Shown here piece after piece: positions 9,646 to 20,017 of a stretch of 64,000 bases of DNA. Origin of the DNA: an uncultured Acidobacteriota bacterium (GTDB lineage Bacteria; Actinomycetota; Acidimicrobiia; Spongiisociales; ZC4RG35); assembly GCA_963828465.1 (NCBI GenBank), contig CAWHEU010000022.1, positions 352,001 to 416,000 on the forward strand, in the 5' to 3' direction. A program made the translations under genes and the position numbers. Numbering within the stretch: the stretch's first letter is position 1; every line of letters starts with the position of its first letter. Below the pieces are notes generated by a model that did not search any database, was not told where the DNA came from, and saw only the letters and a list, made by a program, of their open reading frames with translations.

Positions 9646-11603
9646 AGTTCGCGCTGAGACTCACGACGCTGGGGATCATCTTCACCGCGATGTTTTCGGT
9701 GGTCGGGCTCAGGCTGTGGTTCATCCAGGTGGCCGAGGGGCCTCAGATCGCTCGAGCTGCTGAAGAGTCGACCTGGGTGGGCAAGACGACGTACGCGCCA
9801 CGTGGCGACATCTATGACCGAAACGGGACGCTCCTTGCCACGAGCCGAATGGTGCCGGCAATCATGATCGACCGGACGTTCGTCCAGCCCGAGCAGAAAG
9901 AGACCCTGATCCAGGAACTGGCTTCCATCGTCGGGGTCGACCCGGTCGAACTCGACGCCATGTACGAGGAGGCCGGGATCAACGGCCGCTTCCAGGTGAG
10001 CACGGTCGCGAACGAAACCGCATATGCGATCAACGAGTCGCTCGACGAGCTCCCCGGGGTCGAGGTGGTCAAGGTCCCGGAACGGGTCTACCTCTCCGGG
10101 GACACAATGGCGCATGTCATCGGTCACCTCGGTCTACCGGAGGAAGCCGATCTCACCGAGCGCCCAGAACTCGATCGAGACGTCCGCATCGGCAAGCTCG
10201 GGGTGGAGCGGGTGTACGACGAAGTGCTGCAGGGCACCGGAGGCTCAGTCGAGTACCGGGTGAGGAGGAGCGAGATCATCGAGCAGCGCCCACCGGTCGA
10301 CCCGGTCACGGGCAGCTCGATCGTGCTCAATCTCGACTTCGCCCTGCAGGAGCAGGTCGAGCTCGCCCTCGAGAATGGGGTGGCTCTGTCCAACGAGGTC
10401 AAGGAAGAGGAGAAAGCCGACGGGGAAGAGGTGTTCAACGAAACCCAGCGAGCCGCGGCTGTGGTGCTCGATGTCGACAACTTCGATGTTCTCGCCCTCG
10501 CCTCGTACCCCGACTTCGATCCGAGCAACTTCGTTGCCGGCATCGATGAGACCACGTTCCAAGAGCTCAACGAGACCCAGGCTTTCAACAATCTCGCGGT
10601 GAGTGGGCTCTATCCGCCGGCGTCGACCTTCAAGGCGATCACCTACACCGCCAAGCTCGAGGAGAACCTGCCCTTCCCGAGTGACGTGGAAGGAGTCGAT
10701 GGCGACCTGATCCATTGTGACGGGACTTTGGTCCTCGACCAGCTCGCCGATGGCTCGGCACAGGAAAAACACGACTGGTACGACCCCCGCAACCTGGGCT
10801 GGCTCGACATCCACGGAGCACTGTCGAACTCCTGCAATATCTATTTCTGGAACGTTGCCTTGGGGACCTACACCAACTACCCCCAGGGGTCGGCCAAAGA
10901 GAACATCCTGCAGGAATGGGCCACCCGCGTGGGATATGGGCACGAGACCGGGATCGACCTGACCAGCGAGGCGCCCGGCATCATCCCGACCCGGCAGCTC
11001 TTCGAGGAGTGGAAGGAATATCAGCTCGAGAACCCCGATGAGCCGCCTCGGCTCGAGCCGGCCCGCCTCGAACTGGCATCACCATGGCTCGGTGGAGACC
11101 TCATGGACTTCGCCATCGGCCAGGGCGCCTTCACGGCCACCCCGCTTCAGGTCGCGTCCTCGTTTGCGGTGCTGGTCAATGGCGGGAAGGTGATGGAACC
11201 CCGCGTGGTGAGGGAGACGATCGACAGCGAGGGAAATGTCACCCAGGTCGAGCGCCCTGCTCCGGTGATGGTGGACATCGACCCGGCAACGCGGGCTTCC
11301 CTGCTGGAAGATCTCGGCAGCGTCGTAAACGGGGGAACAGCGGCGGCCGCCTTCGCCGACTTCGGTGAAGGGGTGGAGAACGTCGGAGGGAAGACCGGGA
11401 CCGCCCAGGTGTCGGCGACCCGGGACAACCACGCCTGGTTCGTTGGGGTCGCCCCTCTCGACAACCCCAAATACGTTGTGGCGATCCTCATCGACGAGGG
11501 CGGGTCCGGAGGGCAGGTGGCGGCGCCGGTGGCCCGGAACATCATGCAGTATCTGACTGGCAACGAGCAGACCCCCATCGTCGAGGGCGAGGAGGCCGAC
11601 TGA
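9642..11603 (+). CDS. mrdA: Penicillin-binding protein 2 (class B)
   Basis: APRGDIYDRNG, STFK, SCN, KTGTAQ. Confidence 0.95.
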   Translation: MKFALRLTTLGIIFTAMFSVVGLRLWFIQVAEGPQIARAAEESTWVGKTTYAPRGDIYDRNGTLLATSRMVPAIMIDRTFVQPEQKETLIQELASIVGVDPVELDAMYEEAGINGRFQVSTVANETAYAINESLDELPGVEVVKVPERVYLSGDTMAHVIGHLGLPEEADLTERPELDRDVRIGKLGVERVYDEVLQGTGGSVEYRVRRSEIIEQRPPVDPVTGSSIVLNLDFALQEQVELALENGVALSNEVKEEEKADGEEVFNETQRAAAVVLDVDNFDVLALASYPDFDPSNFVAGIDETTFQELNETQAFNNLAVSGLYPPASTFKAITYTAKLEENLPFPSDVEGVDGDLIHCDGTLVLDQLADGSAQEKHDWYDPRNLGWLDIHGALSNSCNIYFWNVALGTYTNYPQGSAKENILQEWATRVGYGHETGIDLTSEAPGIIPTRQLFEEWKEYQLENPDEPPRLEPARLELASPWLGGDLMDFAIGQGAFTATPLQVASSFAVLVNGGKVMEPRVVRETIDSEGNVTQVERPAPVMVDIDPATRASLLEDLGSVVNGGTAAAAFADFGEGVENVGGKTGTAQVSATRDNHAWFVGVAPLDNPKYVVAILIDEGGSGGQVAAPVARNIMQYLTGNEQTPIVEGEEAD

Positions 11604-12757
11604 TGGCTGTCCTAACCCGTCTCCGCGAGGTAGCCGTAGACCGGGGCCGGAACAAGTCGGACCGCATTCTCTTCGGGACGATGCTCGCCCTCTCCGCCTT
11701 TGGATTGCTCATGGTCTATTCCGCAACCAGGAGCAGCGGATCGGTGGGAATGGAGCGGCAGATGATCTTCGTGGCTGCCGGACTGACCCTCTACGCGGTG
11801 ATCTCCAATATCGACTATCGGGAACTGAAGAACCTCATCCCGATCGTGTCGATCGCGGTTCTCGTTGGATTGTTCGCGGTCTACCTTTTCGAGCCGGTCA
11901 ACGGGGCCCGGCGCTGGATCGATCTCGGGTTCTTCAAGCTCCAACCGGCCGAGTTCGCCAAGGTGATCGTGATACTGCTCCTGGCCGCGATCCTCTCTCC
12001 CAGCAACCGCGAAGAGGTCGGTCAGCGCCAACTCACCTGGCCCACGGTATTTCGGGCGATCGCCATCGTCGCCCTCCCCGCGGTCCTGGTCCTCTTCGAG
12101 CCGGATCTCGGCACGACGCTCGTGTTCGGGTTCATTCTCTTCGTGATGCTGTTCGTGGCCGGAGCTACCTGGCGTCAGATGCTCGCGCTGGCAGCGACAG
12201 CAGCGCTGGGCGTGGTGGCGGTCCTCCAGTTCAAGTTGCTCGAGGAGTACCAGATGAACCGGATCCTGGTGCTTTTCCGACCCGAGATCGATCCACAGGG
12301 GATCGGCTACAACATCCTGCAGTCGAGATATGCCGTGGGCTCGGGCCAGCTGTTCGGCAAGGGTCTGTTCGCCGAAGGGACCCAGACCTCCTTCGAGTAC
12401 GTACCCGAACAAGAGACCGACTTCATCTTCACGGCGGTGGCCGAGCAACTTGGATTCGTAGGCGGCGTCCTGGTCGTCGCCGCCTTCGCCGTCATCATTT
12501 GGAGGCTCCTCGTGATCGCGGCCAACGCCAGGGATCGCTTCGGCGCCCTCATCGCGGCGGGTCTGGCCGCGATGATGGTTTTCCACGTGTTCGTGAATGT
12601 CGGGATGACGATCGGGATCATGCCGGTCACAGGCATCCCCCTGCCTTTCCTCTCTGCCGGCGGGTCCTTCTACTTGGCGATGACTCTCGCCCTCGGGATT
12701 GCCAACTCCGTTTGGCTATTGCGCACGCCCGTGCCAGGCGAGAACCAGCTCAGCTGA
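11603..12757 (+). CDS. rodA: Rod shape-determining protein RodA (SEDS)
   Basis: QPAEFAK, PDLGT, TDFIF, PVTGIPLPFLSAGGS. Confidence 0.95.
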   Translation: MAVLTRLREVAVDRGRNKSDRILFGTMLALSAFGLLMVYSATRSSGSVGMERQMIFVAAGLTLYAVISNIDYRELKNLIPIVSIAVLVGLFAVYLFEPVNGARRWIDLGFFKLQPAEFAKVIVILLLAAILSPSNREEVGQRQLTWPTVFRAIAIVALPAVLVLFEPDLGTTLVFGFILFVMLFVAGATWRQMLALAATAALGVVAVLQFKLLEEYQMNRILVLFRPEIDPQGIGYNILQSRYAVGSGQLFGKGLFAEGTQTSFEYVPEQETDFIFTAVAEQLGFVGGVLVVAAFAVIIWRLLVIAANARDRFGALIAAGLAAMMVFHVFVNVGMTIGIMPVTGIPLPFLSAGGSFYLAMTLALGIANSVWLLRTPVPGENQLS

Positions 12758-12785
12758 ATCCCGTTCACGTCTACCCTGCCGCCCG

Positions 12786-13376
12786 ATGGACCGACGTGGT
12801 GAACGAGGGTGGGTGGAGGTCATCTGTGGCCCCATGTTCTCCGGCAAGAGTGAAGAGCTCATCCGTCGCGTGACCCGATACCAGATCGCCCGGGTCCCGA
12901 TTCAGACATTCAAGCCACAGCTCGACGTCAGATACTCCGACTCCCAAGTCGTCTCCCATTCCAGCCTCAAGGTCGAGGCGATATCGGTGGAGACATCGTC
13001 TGAGCTCCTACACAGGGTCGACGACAGCACACAGGTCATAGGGATCGACGAGGGGCAGTTCTTCGACGATGGGCTGGTGGACGTTGTCGAACAGCTCGCC
13101 TCTGCGGAGAAGCAGGTGATCGTCGCAGGGCTGGACACCGACTATCTGAGACGCCCGTTCGAGCCCATCCCGACGCTGTGCGACCGCGCCGAGTACGTGA
13201 CCAAGATGCTGGCTGTGTGTCACAAGTGCGGTGGGCCGGGCATGTACACCCAGCGGATCGTTCAATCGGAGGAGCTCGTCGTACTCGGGGCGCAAGGTGC
13301 CTACGAAGCCCGGTGCCGCGTGTGCTACGACCCAACCGAGGTCGAACAGCCCGAGCTCGATCTCGGCGCTGGATAG
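12786..13376 (+). CDS. tdk: Thymidine kinase
   Basis: GPMFSGKSEEL, IDEGQFF, VAGLD, YEARCRVC; start reset to ATG 12786. Confidence 0.96.
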   Translation: MDRRGERGWVEVICGPMFSGKSEELIRRVTRYQIARVPIQTFKPQLDVRYSDSQVVSHSSLKVEAISVETSSELLHRVDDSTQVIGIDEGQFFDDGLVDVVEQLASAEKQVIVAGLDTDYLRRPFEPIPTLCDRAEYVTKMLAVCHKCGGPGMYTQRIVQSEELVVLGAQGAYEARCRVCYDPTEVEQPELDLGAG

Positions 13377-13407
13377 TTTCAGCGTTTCCTTTCTGGTAAC
13401 CTGGGTC

Positions 13408-13615
13408 GGTCCGCCAGACGCGACATCTTCCCCTCTTCGGAGTGTTTCGTTGATGAGCACCCTTGCATACCGGCGAGCCGGCATGTCAGTCTTTGGCGAC
13501 CGCCCTTATGCAGGGCGGGCGCCGCACCGCGATCTGGCGCATCCATTCGGGCCCGACAGCCCCTGCCAGGAAATGGGCATTCGGGTCGACCCAAGCATCG
13601 ACTCTCAGAGGAGTA
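13408..13615 (+). promoter_or_regulatory. Structured 5' leader of rne
   Basis: TG-n-TAACCT at 13394-13402, then long stem 13408-13426/13483-13501 and several GC hairpins before the RBS. Confidence 0.5.
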
Positions 13616-13622
13616 ACAACAC

Positions 13623-15179
13623 ATGGCTCTATTTCGCAAGAAGAGCCCACAGATCGTCCGGAAGTCATCGACGGAAGGGACCGTCGAGGAACGCAAGACC
13701 GTCCGCGTCAAGGGAAAAAAGGTAGAGGTCACCAGGGTCGAGGGCAGACCAGCCCCGGCCACGAAACCCAAGAAGGATCGACGTCACCAGCCGTCAGGGA
13801 AGGGTGGGGGCAACCACTCCAGGAACGGAGTCTCCACCTCCAGGACCCGGACGCGCAGGCCGGTCGACGACGAGGTGATTCTCCCGGTCGAGTCCGGGCG
13901 CAAGCAGATGCTGGTCCGGGTGCACCGGGGCCAGACACAGATGGTGATCCTCGAAGGCCCCGTCCTCGTCGAGCACTATGTCGCTCGTGAAGACGCCGGA
14001 TCGGTGGCAGGGAACATCTACCTGGCCAAGGTTCGCAACGTCCTCCCCGGCATGGAGGCGGCATTCCTGGACTTTGGTGCTTCCAAGAACGGCGTTCTAT
14101 ATGCATCGGACGTCGCCTCCGATGGGAAGGGAAACGGCCGGCCCAACCGCAGGATCGAGAACGTCCTCAAAGAGGGCGATGACGTCCTCGTTCAGGTGAC
14201 GAAGGATGCGATGGGCGCCAAGGGGGCCCGGCTGACAGGGGTGCCTTCACTACCCGGGCGCTACCTCGTCCTCGTGCCCGACTCGGACAGCGTCGGGATC
14301 AGTCGCCGGCTGCCAGACGATGACCGGACTCGACTCCGGGAAGTGATCAACAAGGTGCGCCCTGAGGGCTATGGCGTGATCGTGAGAACCGCCGCCCTCC
14401 ATGCGAGCGCCGAGGAGCTGGCTGCCGACATCTCCCGCTTGCGCAAGGTCTGGGACCAGATCGGTGAAGAATCGAAGGACGGCGGCGCGCCCCGTCTCGT
14501 TCATCAGGAGCCTGATCTCCTCATCAAGGTGATCCGTGAGCATTTCACGGCGGACTTCCGCAAGTTGCTCATCGATGACGCCAGGGCGTATGAGACCGTG
14601 GTCGACTACCTGCGGGGGACCGCGCCCGACCTCGTGTCCAAGGTGCAGCATTACACCGATGATGTCCCGCTGTTCGAGCGATATCACGTCGATGACCAGA
14701 TCAAGAAGGCCCTCGACCGAAAGGTCTATCTCCCATCAGGCGGTCATCTCGTCATCGATCGGACCGAGGCGCTCACCGTCATCGATGTCAACACCGGGAA
14801 GTTCGTCGGGTCCTCGAATCTGGAGGAGACCGTCCTGCAGAACAACCTGGAAGCGGCCGAGGAGATCGGACGTCAACTACGGCTGCGAGACATCGGCGGG
14901 ATCATCGTCATCGACTTCATCGACATGGAGACGATCGACAACCAGCAGCAGGTGCTGCGACGCCTCAAGGAAGCGCTAGCCAAGGACAAGACCCGGACCC
15001 AGGTCTTCGACGTGTCTCACCTCGGCTTGGTGGAGATGACCCGGAAGAACGTCTCGGCGGGGCTGCTCGAGCAGTTCTCATCGAAGTGCGAAGAATGCGG
15101 CGGTCGCGGTGTGATCGTCCATGACCACGCCATTCACGCAGACGATCTCGTCGTGGAGGACTTTTCGCTGGCGGAATAG
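13623..15179 (+). CDS. rne: Ribonuclease E/G family
   Basis: S1 domain GNIYLAKVRNVLPGMEAAF, DVNTG, LRLRDIGGIIVIDFIDM, CEECGGRG. Confidence 0.95.
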   Translation: MALFRKKSPQIVRKSSTEGTVEERKTVRVKGKKVEVTRVEGRPAPATKPKKDRRHQPSGKGGGNHSRNGVSTSRTRTRRPVDDEVILPVESGRKQMLVRVHRGQTQMVILEGPVLVEHYVAREDAGSVAGNIYLAKVRNVLPGMEAAFLDFGASKNGVLYASDVASDGKGNGRPNRRIENVLKEGDDVLVQVTKDAMGAKGARLTGVPSLPGRYLVLVPDSDSVGISRRLPDDDRTRLREVINKVRPEGYGVIVRTAALHASAEELAADISRLRKVWDQIGEESKDGGAPRLVHQEPDLLIKVIREHFTADFRKLLIDDARAYETVVDYLRGTAPDLVSKVQHYTDDVPLFERYHVDDQIKKALDRKVYLPSGGHLVIDRTEALTVIDVNTGKFVGSSNLEETVLQNNLEAAEEIGRQLRLRDIGGIIVIDFIDMETIDNQQQVLRRLKEALAKDKTRTQVFDVSHLGLVEMTRKNVSAGLLEQFSSKCEECGGRGVIVHDHAIHADDLVVEDFSLAE

Positions 15180-15245
15180 GCAGCCTTTGCGGTAACCGGT
15201 CGAACCGGTACCATTCAGCATCAATCCCCTTTCAGAGGTTTACCC

Positions 15246-15743
15246 ATGTACGCCATCATTCGCGCCGGCGGCAAACAGGCCAAGGTGCAATCCGGCGATG
15301 TAATCGAGATAGAGCGGGTGAAAGGCGACGCCGATGAGATGTCCTTTTCGCCTCTCCTGATCGTGGATGACAAGGGAAATGCGGTGTCGGATCGTGACCT
15401 CCTGTCCAAGTCATCGGTCACGGCCAAGGTGCTCGGCGAGTCCCAGGGCCCGAAGATCGACATCTTCAAGTACAAGAACAAGACCGGCTATCGGCGTCGC
15501 CAGGGTCACCGCCAGAAGTACACACAGATCGAGATCACCGGGATCACGTTGCCCGGCGCAAAGGCCAAGTCTTCTCAGGCCAAGCCTGCTGCCAAGTCGG
15601 GCTCGGCGAAGGCTTCCGAAGCGAAGCCGGCCGCGGCGAAAGCCCCAGCTGCCAAGACAACAGCTGCCAAGACTGCAACCACAAAGGCAGGGGCAGCGAA
15701 AACCAGCAAGCAAGCAAAGACCGACTCGTCAGAGGAGGAGTGA
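15246..15743 (+). CDS. rplU: 50S ribosomal protein L21 with Ala/Lys-rich C-terminal extension
   Basis: [27 protein letters not shown]. Confidence 0.97.
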   Translation: MYAIIRAGGKQAKVQSGDVIEIERVKGDADEMSFSPLLIVDDKGNAVSDRDLLSKSSVTAKVLGESQGPKIDIFKYKNKTGYRRRQGHRQKYTQIEITGITLPGAKAKSSQAKPAAKSGSAKASEAKPAAAKAPAAKTTAAKTATTKAGAAKTSKQAKTDSSEEE

Positions 15744-15744
15744 G

Positions 15745-15996
15745 ATGTCAAAGACAAAAGCAGGCGGTTCCTCCAAGAACGGTCGGGACTCCGCCGCGAA
15801 GCGACTCGGTTCCAAGGTGTTCGACGGCGAGTTCGTGAACGCCGGAGCGATCCTGGTGCGTCAGCGTGGGACCCGAATCCATCCAGGTGAGAACGTGGGC
15901 AAGGGGTCCGATGACACCCTGTTCGCTACCGCACCCGGCACAGTCAAGTACGGGACCCGAGCCAAACGGCGTCGGGTCAGCGTCCTTCCCGAGTAG
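15745..15996 (+). CDS. rpmA: 50S ribosomal protein L27
   Basis: [30 protein letters not shown]; RBS GGAGGAG. Confidence 0.97.
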   Translation: MSKTKAGGSSKNGRDSAAKRLGSKVFDGEFVNAGAILVRQRGTRIHPGENVGKGSDDTLFATAPGTVKYGTRAKRRRVSVLPE

Positions 15997-16009
15997 TTAG
16001 CTTCCGGTC

Positions 16010-17260
16010 GTGTTCGTCGACCGGGTCCGTGTCAACCTCCGCGCCGGCAACGGCGGCGCGGGGGTTGTGTCGTTTGTGAGGGCCAAGGGGAAGCCCAAGG
16101 GCAAGCCGATCGGGGGAAACGGCGGTCCGGGCGGGTCGGTGTACCTCAGGGCCGACCCTTCGGTGGCCACACTGCTCCGCTACCAGCGAAACCCGCATTA
16201 CGCAGCGGGTCACGGCACCCACGGCCAGGGTGATGTTCGACACGGCAAATCCGGTGAGGCTCTGTACCTTCCGGTGCCGCTTGGAACCGTCGTGATCGAC
16301 GGTGAAGGCACAATGGTCGCCGACCTGGTCGAAGAGGGTCAAGAGATCGAAATTGTCAAGGGAGGGCGGGGTGGCCGGGGCAACGCCGCCTTCGTCAACC
16401 CCTCCAACCGGGCTCCGGGCGTTGCCGAGCAAGGGGAGTACGGGCGGTCGGAATGGCTCACCCTCGAGCTGAAACTCCTCGCCGACGCGGCCCTCATCGG
16501 ATTCCCTAACGCCGGGAAATCCACATTCATCTCCAAGGTGTCGGCCGCCAAGCCCAAGATCGCCGACTATCCCTTCACGACCCTCGTGCCGAACTTGGGT
16601 GTAGTGAGCTTCGACGGGCGGGAGTTCGTCCTGGCCGACATCCCGGGCCTGATCGAGGGTGCAGCCTCTGGGAAGGGTCTCGGTCACGAGTTCCTCCGTC
16701 ACGTCGAGCGGGCACGGGTCCTCGTCATACTTCTCGATCCGTCGCCGATGCAAGAACGTTCGCCGGAGGAGCAGTTGCAGATCTTGAGGCGTGAGATCGC
16801 CGACTATTCCTCCGAGATCGCGGCAAGGCCGAGCATTGTGCTCCTCAACAAGTCGGACCTAGCTGACGTCACCGACCTCGCGACGGCGCTCGATGCGACG
16901 CCGGTCTCAGCAATCAGCGGGGAGGGCATTCGAGAGTCGCTGCATGCCATCGCCGACCTGGTCGACGAAGCGGAGCGGGTCGCGCCGCTTCGTAAGGGAT
17001 ATGTCCTTCACCGTCCGTTGGGCCCGACATTCACCGTGCGTAGGGAAGAGGGTGGCTGGCGCATCGAGGGCCTCGCCGCCGAGCGAGCGGTTGCGTTCGC
17101 CGACCTGACCCTGCCAGAAGCGGCCGACATGGCAGCCTGGCGCCTCTCTCGACTCGGTGTGGATCAGGCGCTGTTGGATGCAGGGGCGATCGAGGGCGAC
17201 GAGGTAAGGATCGGAGAGATCTCCTTCGAATTCACCCCGGAGCGGGACGAGGAGGAATAG
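16010..17260 (+). CDS. obg: GTPase Obg/CgtA
   Basis: Gly-rich Obg fold, GFPNAGKS, DIPGLIEGA, NKSD, OCT C-terminal domain. Confidence 0.97.
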   Translation: MFVDRVRVNLRAGNGGAGVVSFVRAKGKPKGKPIGGNGGPGGSVYLRADPSVATLLRYQRNPHYAAGHGTHGQGDVRHGKSGEALYLPVPLGTVVIDGEGTMVADLVEEGQEIEIVKGGRGGRGNAAFVNPSNRAPGVAEQGEYGRSEWLTLELKLLADAALIGFPNAGKSTFISKVSAAKPKIADYPFTTLVPNLGVVSFDGREFVLADIPGLIEGAASGKGLGHEFLRHVERARVLVILLDPSPMQERSPEEQLQILRREIADYSSEIAARPSIVLLNKSDLADVTDLATALDATPVSAISGEGIRESLHAIADLVDEAERVAPLRKGYVLHRPLGPTFTVRREEGGWRIEGLAAERAVAFADLTLPEAADMAAWRLSRLGVDQALLDAGAIEGDEVRIGEISFEFTPERDEEE

Positions 17261-17270
17261 CCATGCGGGT

Positions 17271-17597
17271 TCAACCGCGAGCGGCACACTCGACGCAACG
17301 TGAGGCGGCGGGCAGAGCGTCCAGCCGAGCAACTCCGATGTCGTTTCCGCACACGTCACACTTCCCGTAGGTGCCGTTGTCGATCTTGACCAAAGCCCGG
17401 TCGATGTCCTCGATGGTGTGCGTGATGGATCGCGCGGTAGCTGTGGTGCTAAGTCGCTCCACCGCCTCCGTGGTGCCGTCCCCGACCCGTTTCCCGAACG
17501 AGACGGCGGCACCGGTCGTCGGCGGCGCGGTCAGTCTGCCCAATTCGACCTCGAGCTCGGCTTTGCGATCGACGAGGGTCTGACGGAGCGCGTCCAT
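17271..17597 (-). CDS. TraR/DksA C4-type zinc finger protein
   Basis: Coiled coil plus YGKCDVCG..RLDALP..CVEC. Confidence 0.88.
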   Translation of the reverse strand: MDALRQTLVDRKAELEVELGRLTAPPTTGAAVSFGKRVGDGTTEAVERLSTTATARSITHTIEDIDRALVKIDNGTYGKCDVCGNDIGVARLDALPAASRCVECAARG

Positions 17598-17653
17598 GCG
17601 ATCGAACCTTAGGAAGCGGAGTCATCAGTGTTCACCCGTACAATGGTCGGCCG

Positions 17654-18517
17654 ATGAGTTTTGAGACCCCGCGAGCGGTCGCTGAAGCGTTGCGCTCGGT
17701 CGATTATCTGCCCGACGACCGCATAGCGCAGGTCGTCTTTCTCGCTGACCGACTCGACAAGCCAATCCTTGTCGAGGGACCAGCAGGGGTCGGGAAGACA
17801 GAGCTCGCCAAGTCGCTGGCCAGGGTCACCGGACGCGACCTGATCAGGCTCCAGTGCTACGAGGGCCTCGACGAGGCCAAGGCGCTCTACGAGTGGAACT
17901 ACAAGAAGCAGTTGCTCAGAATCCAGGCCGACGTCGACCACGACTGGGAGGACATCGAGCAGGACATCTTCTCGGAGGATTTCCTTCTCACCCGCCCACT
18001 TCTCGAGGCTATTCGCTCCGAGAATCCCGTCGTGCTGCTCATCGACGAGGTGGACCGGGTCGAGGTCGAGACCGAGGCATTGCTCCTCGAGATCCTCTCC
18101 GATTTCCAGGTGTCGATCCCCGAGTTGGGGACGATGGAGGCACGAACCCAGCCGATGGTGGTTCTCACGTCCAACAACACCCGGGAGTTGAGCGAGGCGC
18201 TGAAGCGCCGCTGCCTCTTCCTCCACATCGACTACCCCGATGCTCAGAGGGAGCAGGAGATTCTCGCCGCTCGGGTTCCCGGGTTGTCCGAGCATCTGGC
18301 CGTACAGGTGGCCAAAGTGGCCCGGTCGATCCGAAGCCTCGACCTGAAGAAGGCGCCCTCCGTCTCTGAGACCATCGACTGGGCGCGGACCCTCCTCGCC
18401 CTCTCCATCGAGGATGTCGACGAGGCGATCCTGGGCGACACGCTGCACGTCCTCCTCAAGTACCAGGCCGACATCGAGAAGGCGGCCAAGGAGCTGACGT
18501 CGAGCCCTCCATCGTGA
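17654..18517 (+). CDS. MoxR-family AAA+ ATPase (CoxD-like)
   Basis: EGPAGVGKT, RLQCYEGLD, LIDEVD, LKRRC. Confidence 0.92.
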   Translation: MSFETPRAVAEALRSVDYLPDDRIAQVVFLADRLDKPILVEGPAGVGKTELAKSLARVTGRDLIRLQCYEGLDEAKALYEWNYKKQLLRIQADVDHDWEDIEQDIFSEDFLLTRPLLEAIRSENPVVLLIDEVDRVEVETEALLLEILSDFQVSIPELGTMEARTQPMVVLTSNNTRELSEALKRRCLFLHIDYPDAQREQEILAARVPGLSEHLAVQVAKVARSIRSLDLKKAPSVSETIDWARTLLALSIEDVDEAILGDTLHVLLKYQADIEKAAKELTSSPPS

Positions 18518-18518
18518 C

Positions 18519-19946
18519 GTGCTCGGGATAATCACCGGTTTCATCGACGAGCTGAGGGCGGCCGGCGTCCCTGTGTCGATGGTGGAGGCCATCGACGGGA
18601 TGCGGGCAGTCGAGGCCGTTGAGATCGGCGACAGGATCGCCCTTCGCGAGACCTTGCGGGCCACCTTGATCAAGAACCTGCGTCATGAGCGCGCCTTCGA
18701 TACTGCGTTCGACGTCTATTTCTCGATGGTTCCCCAGTCCCTTTCCGAGCCAGGGGATTCCGGGGAGTCCGATTCTCAGCCGCATGCCGACCGGTCCGAT
18801 GCCCTTGAGCCGCCCCCGTTCGATATCGACGGGCTCCTCGATTCGCTCCTCGAGGCGCTGGCCGGTCTCGAGGAGGAGGCGATCCGGCGTGGCGCCCGTA
18901 CCGCGGTAGACGAGTTGGCCGGCATGGAGCCGGGGCGGCCCGTCGGCGGGACCTACTACCTGTACCGAACGCTGCGCAGGCTTGATCTGGCGGACCTCGA
19001 GGAGAGATTGATCTCTGCCCTCACCGACGATCAGGACCTGTCCGATTTCGAAAGGCGTCTCCTCCGCGAGGAGGTGGAGGCCAGGATCGAGCGTCTGCGG
19101 CAGGAAATCGAGGAAGAGATTCGACGACGACTCGTGGCCGATCGCGGTCGTGATGCGGTGGCGCGCACCCTGCGGCGCCCTCTCATCGAGGATGTCGACC
19201 TGATGCACGCCACGACCAGCGACCTCCACGAAATGGAGGACGCCATCGGGCCCCTTACACGGAAGCTGGCAGCGCGGTTGGCCCGACGCCGTCGGATGCG
19301 GGCAGGTCGGCTCGATTTCCGTCGCACCGTGCGAAAGTCGTTGGCAACCGGCGGCGTCCCGGCAGACCCACAGTTCCGCCATCCACGGCCTCACCGGCCG
19401 GAGGTCTGGCTCCTCTGCGACATCAGCGGGTCCATGGCGACATTCTCCCGTTTCACCCTCCAGTTCACCCACGCCATGTCGACCCACTTCTCCAAGCTGC
19501 GGTCTTTCGCTTTCGTCGACACCATCGATGAAGTCAGTGACTTCTTCGGCCCGGGGGTGGATTTCGGGTCGGCATTGCGGCGGGTTACTACCGAGGCCGA
19601 GGTGGTGTGGCTGGATGGGCACTCCGATTACGGCAACTCCCTGGAGACGTTTCACACCCGGTACGGCCGTCAGCTCACCCCCCGGACGACCGTGATCATC
19701 ACAGGGGACGCCCGTAACAATTACCGGCCGCCACGGGATGGGGTGCTCGGCGACATCGCAGAGGCGTCACGTGCCTTGATCTGGCTCAACCCCGAACCTG
19801 AGGCATACTGGGACACCGGCGATTCGGCGATGTCTCACTATGCCGGCCATTGCACCTCGGTCCATGAGGTGCGGACGCTGCGCCAGCTCGAGCAATTCAT
19901 CGAGGATTTGACCCTCCCCGGGCCAAGGCTCCTCCAGAATGTCTAA
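18519..19946 (+). CDS. VWA domain protein (CoxE-like)
   Basis: MIDAS DISGSM, GDARNNY, WLNPEP; paired with AAA ATPase. Confidence 0.9.
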   Translation: MLGIITGFIDELRAAGVPVSMVEAIDGMRAVEAVEIGDRIALRETLRATLIKNLRHERAFDTAFDVYFSMVPQSLSEPGDSGESDSQPHADRSDALEPPPFDIDGLLDSLLEALAGLEEEAIRRGARTAVDELAGMEPGRPVGGTYYLYRTLRRLDLADLEERLISALTDDQDLSDFERRLLREEVEARIERLRQEIEEEIRRRLVADRGRDAVARTLRRPLIEDVDLMHATTSDLHEMEDAIGPLTRKLAARLARRRRMRAGRLDFRRTVRKSLATGGVPADPQFRHPRPHRPEVWLLCDISGSMATFSRFTLQFTHAMSTHFSKLRSFAFVDTIDEVSDFFGPGVDFGSALRRVTTEAEVVWLDGHSDYGNSLETFHTRYGRQLTPRTTVIITGDARNNYRPPRDGVLGDIAEASRALIWLNPEPEAYWDTGDSAMSHYAGHCTSVHEVRTLRQLEQFIEDLTLPGPRLLQNV

Positions 19947-20017
19947 ACCGTGAGAGGCTTTCTGCCGATGTTGTGGCACACGCCCACCTACGGGCGATCG
20001 GACTAGAGGTGAAGAAC

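Noticed and set aside
17654-19946. CO dehydrogenase (cox) cluster
   Set aside because: No coxL/M/S genes in the window
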